From positions 312,790,001-312,854,000 of the forward strand of contig OZ024742.1 of the NCBI GenBank assembly GCA_964016885.1: a stretch of DNA of 64,000 bases, read 5' to 3'. Shown here in pieces: positions 1 through 12,122 of the stretch. Under the pieces are notes generated by a model. That model was given only the letters and a program-made list of their open reading frames with translations, was not told where the DNA came from and did not search any database. Each line of letters starts with the position of its first letter. Position 1 is the stretch's first letter. The DNA comes from Eledone cirrhosa (taxonomy: Eukaryota). The translations under genes were made by a program, and so were the position numbers.

Positions 1-879
1 CAGTTTAAATGTTAAAGGGTTAATGAAAGTTTTCACTAGCAGTGACAGTATGGATAGGGGAAGATTTGTTGAGGGCTGGGGTTGAATGGGTATATGGAGA
101 GAGTGGCTCATTCTCGCATTTGTCAATAACACACATATATATATATATATAAATATACATGAGCAAGACATGGTCATCTGACCTGACTTGTCAACCACAC
201 AAAGGGACAACTCTTCTAACCCATGCTAGCATGGAAAAATGGACATTAAATGATGATAATATATATGTAGGTGGGGTGGGGGGGGGGTGTATGTGTGTGT
301 GTGTTGAATAGGGTTTTCAAACCTCCTCAATGTTATTAAGAAAAACACAAATTTGTAAAATGACTTTGTTAAAAACATACAAATGGAATGAACCTCCATC
401 AATTTCTACAATGAGTGTTTCTGTTGTTTGATCAACTGGGCAGTCTGCTTATTACATTAACATTAGATGAGCATTCCACAGACATGTGTACCCTTAATCC
501 TTTACCATTCACATTACTCTATTTATACTAGCATAGCATAGTGTAGTATATTTATACTAGCATAGCTACCATTCCGAATAAATTGGTGTAGGGTGGAGAA
601 GCCCCCTAAGTCCAGTAAAACGACTTCCCTAGTGCTGGTGGCATAAATTAAAGCACCCGGTCCATGCTGTAAAATGGTGGTAATGGTAGTAGCATTCGGC
701 TATTAAAAACCTTGCCAAACTATGGGGTGGGGAGGGCACCTGAATCCAGTAAGACAACCTCTCTAGTGCTGGTGGCACAAATAAAAGCACCCAGTCCATG
801 CTGTAAATTGGTGCTGGTGTTAGGAAGGGCATCCAACCAGTATATTAATGCCAAAACAATTATGAGCACATCAACAAAT

Positions 880-1049
880 AAAATACTATTGTATTTTTCA
901 CATAATATCAAATCTATGAGATTTTGATATTATTTGTTTTGAGAACAATACCTTAACATAAGTATGAGTGGCTGGTTATGGCTGGTTTGAACAGAAAGAG
1001 GTGTGAGAATTCTGTCCAGAATCTGCTGGTTTAAATGCTCAAGGGTTAA
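880..1049 (-). mobile_element. piggyBac-type MITE family A, partial copy
   Basis: Reverse-complement match to the ~230-bp family at 24064 and 43214. Ends in TAAATGCTCAAGGG-TTAA. Confidence 0.7.
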
Positions 1050-1917
1050 TGTAATTGTCTGGGAGGATCAATGTGACACTAGTTGACTTGATCTGAGGAT
1101 ATGATAGATGACACCTGTTCTAGATGCCACATACTGAGATCAAACCTTAGATCTTACAGTTGTGAAGCAAACTTCTTACCATTTGGGTGATGCTGCATTC
1201 ACACAAAAATTAAAAAAATCAGATATGTCTAATATATATGATCAAATGAAAAGTGATGAAAAATTTCTCTTTTTTATTAAATATCTTAGTTGATAAGCTT
1301 TCTAGATTTAATATATTTAGTCTGAAATGTTTTAAATAGTTTTGCTGTACTGGGAATTCATCTGTTTACAATACATTGCAAAACAGATGGTCATATACAG
1401 ACCAGGTGTCTGACAAATACTGGACTTTTTTTTTTTTTTATAAGTAACTACATTGTTATGATGTACTTTGGAGATTCTAGAATACAATTACAAATTTTCT
1501 TTTTTTCTGAGACTGCCAAATAGGTAACAAATAAATAAACAACCATACATATGAAAGAAATAAAAAAAAATATGAAATATAGTAAAAAATATTGTATAAA
1601 TGATGTATATAGGGACTTTGGTGCAGTGATTCAAAGATTTGGCATGTTGTTTTGGAAATAAAAATTGTTGAGTTTTATCTCAGCTTAGGGATATATATAT
1701 ATTAAATATAAGTATGTATACGTACATACATATATGTATACAGACGTACAGTAGTATGTATATATATATATACATACATGCACACAGACATATATGTACA
1801 TATGGATTCACCGAACATTTATTATAATGCTCGGTGTGTTTGTAAACAAACATCCCGAATTAAGTCGTACAATGTCTAGCAACCATCGTTGCTCATTTGT
1901 TCAATACTGACAAAGGA

Positions 1918-1960
1918 ACGCTGTACTAGTTTCAAGCTTATTAGCTATCGTCAGCAACGT
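1918..1960 (-). ncRNA. Minimal type I hammerhead ribozyme motif (Penelope-like element type)
   Basis: Minus strand reads ACGUUG-CUGACGA-U-AGCU-AAUA-AGCU-U-GAAA-CUAG-UA-CAGCGU. Both core boxes are intact, stem I is 6 bp, stem II is 4 bp, helix III is the palindrome ACUAGU, and the cleavage triplet is GUA. Confidence 0.75.
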
Positions 1961-2136
1961 ATACCTTCCTGCCAGATGGTTGAACGTCTGAAAGTATATA
2001 CTTTCCTTATGCATATTAACGGCTGAGCAGCCTAATTTGCATATCGAGTGAGTTAATCGGCCAGGGTACCGAACACACATATATATATGTGTGTGTGTGT
2101 CTATGTATGTATATATATATGTATGTATGTATGTAT

Positions 2137-2345
2137 CATAATTGTTTCTACTTTAGGGTAAAGGCCAGCAATTTTGGGGGAAGGAAATTTGATTAAATCG
2201 ACCCCAGTGCATTACTGGTGCTTTATTTATCGACCTCATAAGGATGAAAGGCAAAGCTAACCTCGGCAGGATTTGAACTTAGACCACAGGGGCTGAAACT
2301 CTATGCTGTGAAGCATGATGTCCAACACTCTACCAATACTGCCAA
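2137..2345 (-). mobile_element. tRNA-derived SINE, family S2
   Basis: Reverse complement has an A-box-like TGGCAGTATTGG, a B-box GTTCAAATCC, the central CTTTGCCTTTCATCCTT..GGTCGATAAATAAAG block and a GTAGAAACAATTAT end. More than 12 copies occur in the window. Confidence 0.8.
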
Positions 2346-2486
2346 TATATATATATATATACAATCATATCACTTTACTGTTTTCGTTTTTCCATGGTGA
2401 CATGAGTTGGATGGGTTGTTGCTGACCAAATCAGTGCTTAATCAATGCTACTGTCCTCCTATATGAGTTAGGGACACATGTCATAT

Positions 2487-2808
2487 GGAGGCATATGGCT
2501 TAGTGGTTAGAGCATTGGCCTTGCAATCGAAAGATTGTGAGTTCAATTCTCAGACCGGGTGATGTGTTGTTTCCTTGAGCAAGACACTTTATTTCACATT
2601 GCTCCAGTTTACTCAACTGTAGAAATGAGATGATAGGGACTGGGGTCCATATCATTCCACGACAAAAAAGCACCCAGCACTCACTGTAAATGAGGTTGGT
2701 GTTAGGAAGGGCATCCAGCTGTAGAAATCAAGCCAGAATCAGTTCCCGTCCCACCCTTGCAAGCAGGGAAAAGGGGACGTAAAATGATGATGATGATGAT
2801 GATGATGA
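2487..2808 (+). mobile_element. tRNA-derived SINE, family S1, with RTE-LINE-derived 3' tail
   Basis: A-box TGGCTTAGTGG and B-box GAGTTCAATTCTC. The 3' part (TAGGAAGGGCATCCAGC...GGACGTAAAA(TGA)n) matches the 3' UTR of the RTE LINE at 61400-61620. Confidence 0.85.
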
Positions 2809-3074
2809 TTCCAGTTTTGGCATGGTTTCTACCACAGGATGCCCTTCGTAATGCCACACACATATCTATCTATTTATATATTTTACATACTGATTACACT
2901 TTGAAATATTCAATTTATCAGCTGTTGACTGGGAGATCACAGTGGCTTTGGTAGCCTCTGACAGAATCATGTTTCCAGTGGTGTTGGACAGCATTAATGA
3001 TACCAGAGACTCTTCAGATTTGTTTAACCCAAACCTTGTCATTCATTTTTACCTTCCTAGAGACAGATGTGACT

Positions 3075-3580
3075 TCTACTTCTTCTTCTTCTTCTTCACT
3101 TACTTATTCCAGGGAGGCCCATGGAGGTAGAATCCTCAAACATGTCCTCTAGAAGAACCTATCAGAAGCAACTGTCTTCAAAGAATCTGGCTGGATCCCC
3201 AAGCAAAACCAACTGAGCTTATGGATGTTACCCAACCATTTTGCTTGTGGTCTACCTCTAGGTCTCCTGCTTGTTGGTTTTGCCCATAAATTTTGTCCAG
3301 CAATTTGTTTCCTGAGACATTCTAACCACATGTCCATAATATCTGAGCTAAGATCTTTCGATTCGGAGAAGTAACAACTCTATCTGGAGCAACTCCCTGA
3401 TCTTAAGCACCATATCAAGTAACATTACTCTAAGCACCGTTCAGAGGAACCCCATTTCAACCACTTGCATTGATGATCATATTCTTTTGTTAATTACCCA
3501 AGATTCATGGACATATATATGGGTAGACATGAATACGAAATTGAAGATAGCAAGTTTGGCTTTTACACTTATCTCTTTTA
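3075..3580 (-). mobile_element. 3' fragment of an Expander/Rex3-like RTE LINE
   Basis: Translates in pieces to ...AKPTSRRPRGRPQAKWLGNIHKL...VASDR, a typical RTE C-terminus, followed by a (GAA)n tail. Confidence 0.75.
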
Positions 3581-4016
3581 TTTTTATGGTTATTTTCTTT
3601 TAAATGTATATTTTCACTCTCATATTTAATCTTTCACTGACATGCCTTTGATATATCTTTGATGAAAAAATCACTATTTCTCTCCACAGTTTACAATTCA
3701 TACTTAAAATCAAATGGAGACTAGATCAGTTACAAGTTGATGTAGAAAAAACACAGAAGTTGAGATATTTAATAATGAAATTTTAGATTTTTATGATCAG
3801 TAAAAATGTAACCCTTTGATACCAACCCACCCACCCAAAACTACTTCTGGTTTATATCTACATTTTAAATCTTCCAGCATAAATTTATTTTTGTTAGGTT
3901 CTGTTATAAATGCCATCTTGATAATGAAATAATTAATGATATTAGTAAATCCTTTCAAATTCTTCAATAACTCATTCATATACAGTGTATTTCATTAGAA
4001 ATAGGTAACAAAAAGT

Positions 4017-4244
4017 TTAACCCTTTAACATTTAAACCGGCTGTATTCATCCAGAATTTTCTCACCTCTTTCTGTTCAAACTAGCCATAACTAGCCACTC
4101 ATACTGATGTTAAGGTATTGTTCTCAAAATAAATAATATCAAAATTTCATTTATTTGATATTATGTGAGATATTATGTAAGATAGAGCCTTTACCACAAA
4201 AATACAATAGTATATATCGAGTTATGAAAAGGCTAAAGGATTAA
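4017..4244 (+). mobile_element. piggyBac-type MITE family A
   Basis: TTAA-CCCTTTAACATTTA...GCTAAAGGA-TTAA, inserted at the terminal TTAA of a family B MITE (about 3810-4020). Confidence 0.8.
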
Positions 4245-5871
4245 GTTACTAAATCTAATTTCAATCATAGATTTTTTTTACATAAGCGCAGACTCAATTT
4301 TCATTGGCGATGAAGTTTACAATCAATTGAAATACAGTGTATTATTGAGCTCAGAAGAGTACTGGATTGGTGGAATCATTAGAGTATTAGACAAAATACG
4401 TATTTAGTTATAATTTTCTGCATTCTGAGTTCAAATCCCACTACTTTTTATGTTCAGAATTCAAATCCTTCTGAGGTCAACATTGCTTTTCATCTTATCA
4501 GGGTCCATGAAATAAAGTACCAGTTGCATAGGAGCTCAGAGAAATGGAAGGTAAAATTGACCATAGAGCAATTTTGACTTAGATCCTTAGAAAGATGAAA
4601 CAATATTATAATGCTGATAATTTTCAATGCCCCCATAATTGAAATTATTAATACAATGAGAACGGAGAAATTCCAATACAACAATTATTTTACAATAATT
4701 TAATTTTCTATCATCTAAGGTGACTACATGTTTCAGTTGTGATATATGGTTTCAGACATTAAATATTTCAACTGTTCACACAAAGTGTGTCATTTATTGT
4801 CTAATTCATGATACACAGATCTGATTGTTATAAAGATTATTGTGCAGTGCAGAAGAAAAGCCCATCAAATATATCACTAACGAAAGCAGATGATTTACCA
4901 CATAGGAATAGAATTTTAGTATAATTGTGGTGGTGTTGTATCCAGCAAACTGCTTGTAGTTTGACAAGCAAGATGAATAAAAATTTTATTAAACATATTA
5001 ATTTTCCATTCACAATGATAAATTAGTTTTATTTCAGCACATTTCTATTTAACAACAACAAAAGACAGTGTGTTTTTGTCAGTTGCAACTTAGCATATGG
5101 TGCAATTTGAATAATCTGAGCCTGAACATGTTGCCACATTCAATAAAATAAGGCATTGCTTACAAGGAATTTATGCCAGTAAGCAATTACAGCAGCAGTT
5201 ATTCTCTTTCTCTGTGTCCATATTCCAGTAATATCCACATTTAGTTACATATTTCAATAACAATATAGGTTTGTGTATGCATGAAAACAGAACTATATAT
5301 TTATATTTAGAGATCTAAATTGGTTCATTCTACACTCTCTGCATTTGACTTTCCTCTCTGTTCCTCTCTATCTGAATTATATTTGTATATATATGACTTA
5401 AAATTTCACTTTTCTTCATTTTCATTTCATAGGAATTTCCCATAACCCTTTCATAATGATATTTCTCATGAAATACATTGAATATATTTCAAATAATTTT
5501 AAAAATAATCAAGAATTTGGAAAGTTTTAGTAAAAATACATAATAAATAAACTAGAAATTGAGATTGGAAACAGTGTAAACTTTTTTCACTCTTGTCTTC
5601 ATTCCTTTATTTCTTACTTGCATTCTACACACTTTTCTTAATCCTTTAACATTTAAACGAGCTGTATCTGGCCAGAATTACCTCACCTCTTTCTATTCAA
5701 ACCGGCTGTAACTAGCCACTCATACCAACGTTAAGGTATTGTTCTCAAAATAAATAATATCAAAATCTCACAGATTCGGTATTATGTGAGAAAATACAAT
5801 AGTAAATATAGAGCAATGTAAATTGCTTAAATAATATCAAAATTTTAACCATATAACTATTTATGTACAAA

Positions 5872-5982
5872 CAGGGCCATATTTTGACCTTGGAGAGCCC
5901 AGGACTATTCCTAGAGGGAGCCCTATTTGACAAGGGGTGCCTAGGGCATTTGACCCCACCAAAAAAAAAAAATCTGACCCTG
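5872..5982. mobile_element. 111-bp hAT-type MITE
   Basis: TIRs CAGGGCCATATTT / AAATCTGACCCTG match at 11/13. The 8-bp flanking repeats TGTACAAA / GGTACAAA match at 7/8. Confidence 0.65.
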
Positions 5983-6350
5983 GGTACAAACAGAGCTTTT
6001 TGAGTTAATGATGGTGCCTCTACATGGTTGTTTGACCTTCTAGAAATAACAACCCTATCTATTTCAAATCACACTCTACCAAGATACATTGCAAAATTAA
6101 GTCTTACATTATGTCTGGTAAAAGAAATATAGGATTGTCATGGTTGGAATATGTTTGATCATATATCTGTTCAATCAGAGCTGACCTGTGGCTAAGAATC
6201 ATCATCACCAACAATAACAACAACAATATATATACAGAAATAGAGAAAGTGTAGAGCATCCAGACTGTCATACTGTTCCCATTTGATTAACACTTTTGAT
6301 ACCTAACTGCCTGAAACTGCCCTTGTTTCTCTGATACAAAACTGTTTACT

Positions 6351-6578
6351 TTAACCCTTTAGTATTTAAACTGGCCATATCCAGCCAGATTCTCTCACCT
6401 CTTTCTGTTTAAACTGGCCATAAATGGCCTCTCATACTGATGTTAAGGTATTGTTCTCAAAATAAATAATATCAAAATCTCATAGATTCAATATTATGTG
6501 AGACAATTATGTGAGATAAAGCCTTTACTGCGAAAATACAATAGTATATATAGAGTAATGTAAATATTAAAGAGTTAA
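6351..6578 (+). mobile_element. piggyBac-type MITE family A nested in a family B MITE
   Basis: TTAA target duplication, CCCTTTAG terminus, family A body. Confidence 0.8.
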
Positions 6579-7519
6579 AGTGTTTATATTTATCTAAAAC
6601 CCTTCCACCATTTTCATTTCAGCTTAATGGTTTCTGATTTAGGCACGAAGCCAACAATTTTGGTGGAGGGGAAAATCAATTACATTGACTCCATAATGAT
6701 GAAAGGTAAAGCTAACCTCAGCAGGGATTGAAATCAGAATGTAAAGGGCTCTAACTCTCTGTTGCAAAGTATGGTGTCCAACACTCTACAGATACTTAAT
6801 AAAAAGAAAGTTATATTACTAAATCCTTTCAAATTCTTGATTATTTTCAAAATTAATTGAAAATTATAGGCAGTGTTTTCATTAAAAATATGAGTTGATT
6901 TGCTTATTAATGTTGGAGTATGTAGTATGGTCAGCAAGTATATTAAGTTATAGTATATTCAACACAATAGATATGTCAACCCCACCTTGTTATTTAGCCA
7001 ACTATCTATGTGTGCCATAAATCTGCCAGAACAAAGATGACTAGGGGTTACACAATAACAACTCCTGTTGATGCTTTGACTGGTAGGTTGACAAGCTGTT
7101 AATTCAACAAGGTGTGTCTTACTTCTTATAAAAAGTAGAAGGTTTGTATAGTAAAGTTTGCATAAAAAAAGAAAGTGTTTGACATAAAAAGAAGTGTATA
7201 TAAATTGAATTCAGTTTATATGGTGGGAAGTGACGGCGAAAGAGTGTATATAATTTGTATGTTGGTATAGCAGGTCGTATGTTTAAATATTATATTTGTT
7301 TCTTAGTGTATATAAGCAATGTGTTTGTATAGTACATGGTATATAAATGGAATGTGTCTGTATTGACAATAGGACACAGATATGAGTGTAGTGTTTGGTT
7401 GGTGATTATGCTTATATGGAAGTGTGAGTATATACAGGTGTGTGTGAGAATGTAGGAATGAATGTGAGTATATGTAAATGTGTATATATATGTATACATA
7501 CACATGTTTTTAATAAGTG

Positions 7520-8140
7520 GCCGAAATCTGATGACGATCCATACAGGACTAAAGATTAGTGCATGTGTGTTTTGGGTGGAGCTGGGTAATGAATATTTGC
7601 AAATAACTTTTTGAGACGAACAGCCGCCATTGTTCATTGATGCTACTTCCCGAGGCAAACTAGCTAATAAATTTAGAAGGGCTTTAGATAAATTTAAATT
7701 TAAAATGAAGATAGTAGAAAAGTTAAGAATTCTTATAAAAGCTTTTGTCAGCAAAATGTACCCGTTTAAGAAAAGCCTCTGTGGGGATAGAAATTATATG
7801 GATTGCAAAGTAAGCCCACAGATAAACTGTAAGATTAGAAATGTAGTTTATATTATAAATGCACAGAAGGATAATGTAGTAATATGATCATAACTTATAG
7901 CGGTGAGATGGTTTGCAGTATAGGAGAAAGGAAGGAAGAACACTGGCAAGAACTCCAAAATAAGTAAAACTCATCAATGCTCTACCAACATACCAAACTA
8001 GAGCATTGGGACTCACTAGAAAACATTGAAATAAACATTATATCTACACACACCAAACAGATGCTATGTTGAGACAGATTAAGGAAACAACATATAACTG
8101 AATACAAGCCTAAACTCAATAGAAAGTGTGAATGAAATAA
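7520..8140 (+). pseudogene. Penelope-like element remnant, GIY-YIG endonuclease region
   Basis: Frameshifted translation NCKIRNVVYII...YSGEMVCSIGERKEEH...LYQHTKLEH...DAMLRQIKE...PKLNRK fits the PLE GIY-YIG pattern (NVVY-x-I...YIGET...ER..EH...E..I...P.LN). Confidence 0.7.
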
Positions 8141-8609
8141 CAACCCCCAACTTAATAACAAACGAAAACAAGGCAAAACGAAAAACAATATCTTTAAGGG
8201 GAAACCTTAAAAAATGATTAAAAAAACAAAACAAATGAAAGACACAGAACTCATATCAAGTCCTCCCCAGCCTGATCCAAGATACACTCAGTACCCTAGT
8301 GTTCTAATTAAGTAATGCTGGTGCTATGATAAAAAACAGCTAATTCACCTTATAAAGTGGTAGTGCTAGTGCCACAATGAAGAGCACCCAGTCCACTCTG
8401 TAAGGTGGTACTGTTGGAGTCACAATAAAATGCTCCCAGTACATGCTGTAATGTGGTTGCTGTTAGAAAGGGCATCCAGTCATAGAAACCATGCCAAAAA
8501 TGGAGTGTATGAGCAAGATGTCTAGCCTCAGTATTTGGCCATGGTCTAACGGTTAAACGATGATGATGATGATGATGATGATAATGATATATGTTTTCTG
8601 TATCCCCTG

Positions 8610-8643
<34 letters not shown>

Positions 8644-9022
8644 GTTTAACATCCATCTTCCATGCTAACATGGGTTTAAACATACATACTCATATAAACG
8701 TCTGTGTGAATCATCAGCTTCAAATGTATAAATAATTTCTACTATATATACATTGATCACTTTTTTCTTCCCATTTATACATCTTAACACACACAGCTGC
8801 ATATGCACACATAGATATATTCATACATACATACACACATAGATATATTCATGCACACACACATACATACATACATACATAAACACATACACACATACAT
8901 ATGCATATGTATTACTTTTCCTCAAATCCTCAATTGAAAAATCAAGGAGATCATAGTCCAACAAAGAACTTAATACATTAAAAATGCAGAGTGTATATGT
9001 TTTTATATGCACTCTGAGTATA

Positions 9023-9340
9023 CAGGGTGCAGACGTAGAATTTGTGTGCTTGACAGAATTCAGGAGAAAAGACATAAAATCTTTTAAGATTCATTGAAAA
9101 TTCAAGATAAACTAAGCTACTGAACCTGTATATTACATAATTATTCAATATAACCCCAACAAGCTTCTGTGAGGTGACTCCCCAGAGTTGAAAACAGGTG
9201 CTTTCACAGTTGCTGCTGACACATGAGTGGCAGATGCACTGCTTCAGCTAGTTGTTGGTGTTGCAGGCAGTCTTGTTGGTGACTCTCTTGACTGTGCCCC
9301 AGAAAAATAGTCCAGAGGAATGCAGTCTGGTGAGTTCTTA
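9023..9340 (-). pseudogene. Tc1/maT-type transposase 3' remnant
   Basis: Minus strand 9301-9336 encodes NSPDCIPLDYFS, resembling the SPDLNPLDY motif. A TA-CAGGGTG terminus lies at 9021. Confidence 0.55.
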
Positions 9341-10247
9341 AAAGTTCCATTAATGAACACACACATATCTATATACATACACACTCACACACACATGCAT
9401 ACATATATACATACATACACATGCATACACACAAACATATATACATACATATATTACTGTCTGTATGCTTAGGCACCAACGTTTCATTAGTGTACATAAG
9501 CAATTTATTTATTTTGAGAAAAGCATACGAGTATGAAGAAGTATGTTTATACAGTAGGCAGTGTATACAAATAGACACATATATATTCTAAAATATAAGA
9601 GAGTGGAATTGGTGGAAATCAAAATATTCCATCTAATAAACAATAGTAGGTTAGCAGTGAAGATACATTTAATAAGTTTACTACTATACAGAAATATGGA
9701 AAAGTGCACATATGTGTAAAAATGTGCACTTAATCAAAATGTATCAATGAAGAAAATGCATAGTCGCAGCGAAATTGCAATTTAATCAAACCAGCTTGTT
9801 GGAGAAGAATGTGTTAAATTAGTGAAAAAGTTGCATTTAATCAATACATTTTGTGGTGAGAGCTATGTAGACACAAGTAAAGATAGTACAGCTGTAAATA
9901 TTACACAGTGCTGCAATGATTGTATAGATGGCATTGGCACAAAGTAAATGGTGATAGTGAGGTTTCTTTAAACTAGTCAAGTTTATGTAATAAGTTGTCA
10001 ACATTGAAAACAAACGTAAATAAACACATGTGCAAGACTAAATACTGTCTTGATATGTTTAGGCTACCTTAGGATGACCATTAGAAGGGCTCAACTGTCA
10101 CAAAAGGAATAATTTAAAATATTGATATTGAAAGCTGTGGTCTCTTTTTGCCAGGTGGTGCTATTAAGTTAGACATGGCCTGGGCCAATACTGGCCGAAA
10201 CCTATCAAAGTTATTAAAGTTATCTCTGATCATAGACAGTCAGCCAG

Positions 10248-10460
10248 TTAACCCTTTAGCATTTAAACCAGCTCTATTTGGCCAGAATTCTTTCTTCTTT
10301 TTGAAACTGGCCATAACCAACAGCTCACGCCAACATTAAAATATCGTTCTTAAAACAATAACATCATCAAAATCTCGTAGACTTGAGATTATGTGAGATA
10401 AAGCCTTTACCGTGAATATACAATAGTAAATATGGAGTAAGGTAAATGCTAAAGGGTTAA
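10248..10460 (+). mobile_element. piggyBac-type MITE family A
   Basis: TTAA-CCCTTTAGCATTTA...TAAATGCTAAAGGG-TTAA. Confidence 0.85.
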
Positions 10461-10519
10461 GGCAGGAAAATGTTAGGATCTCTGCTCTATGCTATACTTC
10501 AGTATACTGAACAATCTAC

Positions 10520-10800
10520 AATGTTCTGAAGTACACTGCATTACTCAGAACTATTCTACATTATTTTACATTACATTACATTACACTACACTGTACTACA
10601 CTACTCTACAATACATTGCACTACACAATGCTTCAATACACCACATACACTACACTAATTTACATTTCATTGCACAACACTACAATACCCTACACTACAT
10701 TACACTAAACTACAGTGCATTTCACTAAACTACACTGCATTGCACTATATTGAAATACTCCACACTACATTACAATACACTATTCTATACTATACTACTC
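10520..10800. repeat. Degenerate pentamer microsatellite, (CTACA/TTACA)n
   Basis: Visible 5-bp periodicity. Confidence 0.8.
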
Positions 10801-11713
10801 TACCTTATTGTGCACCTCAGCACTGTACACAATCATTTTCATTACTATTATATACTACCCTATTACAGTAGTTTAATATAGCAGTGAAAGCATGGATGAT
10901 TGCATTTATAAAGTATTTATCCTTTCATTACCATATTTCTAGTAAAATACACTAATTTTATTAATTCGTGAAGAATTTCGAGAGATTTACTATCATAATA
11001 TTATTAATTATTTCATAATAACCTAGCATATGGTTCTTATGCAAAATTATACTGGAAGATTATAATTTAAATAGTTTCCTTGACAAGCTGAAGATTGCAA
11101 GTTGTTGAAGAATCAACTGCTTTATGATAAGGTTTATCATTGAACCTGTAGTGGTGAAGATTTCTGGTGTTTCATACCACCTCTATGTTCACTGCTTTTG
11201 GGGTGGAGTCTGATGCAGGAGTGAGCCTTGTGAGCTGGAATGGCTCTTTCAGCCCTTCTCCCTCACCATCCTCCAGGGAAACGCTTTCTCTATTCTGTGC
11301 GCCGGGGCTGTGGGGGCGGTCAGTGCATGGGACCCCATTTGCTCATAATAGTGAGAGATGTGGAGGGCGGGAGAGATGGAGGTAATGACAGTGGGAGTTT
11401 GGTTCTTCAGTGTTTGAACCTGGTCGCTCTACTTATTTATCTATATATCTGTCTATCAACCTGTTTAGCTATATGTTTACTAAAGGGACTTAGCAGTGAG
11501 TCCTGTGAGTTGGAATTGCTATATCAATGTATCTCCCTTGCTAAACTCTAGTGTAATGTTTTTCTCCAACTTATCTGCTGAGACCATGAGGTAGCTTGCA
11601 CCTTAGATTGTCGATGACAGAGAGCATTCCCCAAATCTGTCTGGGTTTGTATGTTTGGGATAGTGATGGTATACATTACTTATATCTTTAGAGCAAACAA
11701 AAGTGACAGTGAA

Positions 11714-11955
11714 TTAACCCTTTAGCATTTAAACTGGCTGTATCCAGCCAGAATTTTCTCACCTCTTTCTGTTCAAACTGACCATAACTGGCTGCTCATA
11801 GACTATTGTTAGACTATTGTTAGACTATTGTTCTCAAAATAAATAATATCAAAATCTCATAGATTTGATATTATGTGAAATAATTATGTGAGGTAAAGCC
11901 TTTACCATGAAAATATAATAGTAAATATAGTGTAATGTCAATGCTAACGGGTTAA
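11714..11955 (+). mobile_element. piggyBac-type MITE family A with an internal 12-bp triplication
   Basis: TTAA target duplication and TIRs; (AGACTATTGTT)x3 inside. Confidence 0.8.
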
Positions 11956-12122
11956 ACAGGAACTCTTTGAGATGGATGGTTTGGCTGGGATGGTATGAAA
12001 ACGGTTAAAACACAGATAAAAGATAAATGATTCATATTCCTCAGACAAGTGTTATGATAAGCCCATCGCCCAAACATTGAAATTTCAATGGCATGTTCAT
12101 GTAATTGACTCTAATTATCACA

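Noticed and set aside
2487-2560. tRNA gene
   Set aside because: It has A and B boxes but no complete cloverleaf, and continues into a SINE body; the same holds for the other copies.
2955-3022. Possible hammerhead on the minus strand (CUGAAGA...GAAACA..UGUC)
   Set aside because: Stem I does not form and the base of helix II is unpaired.
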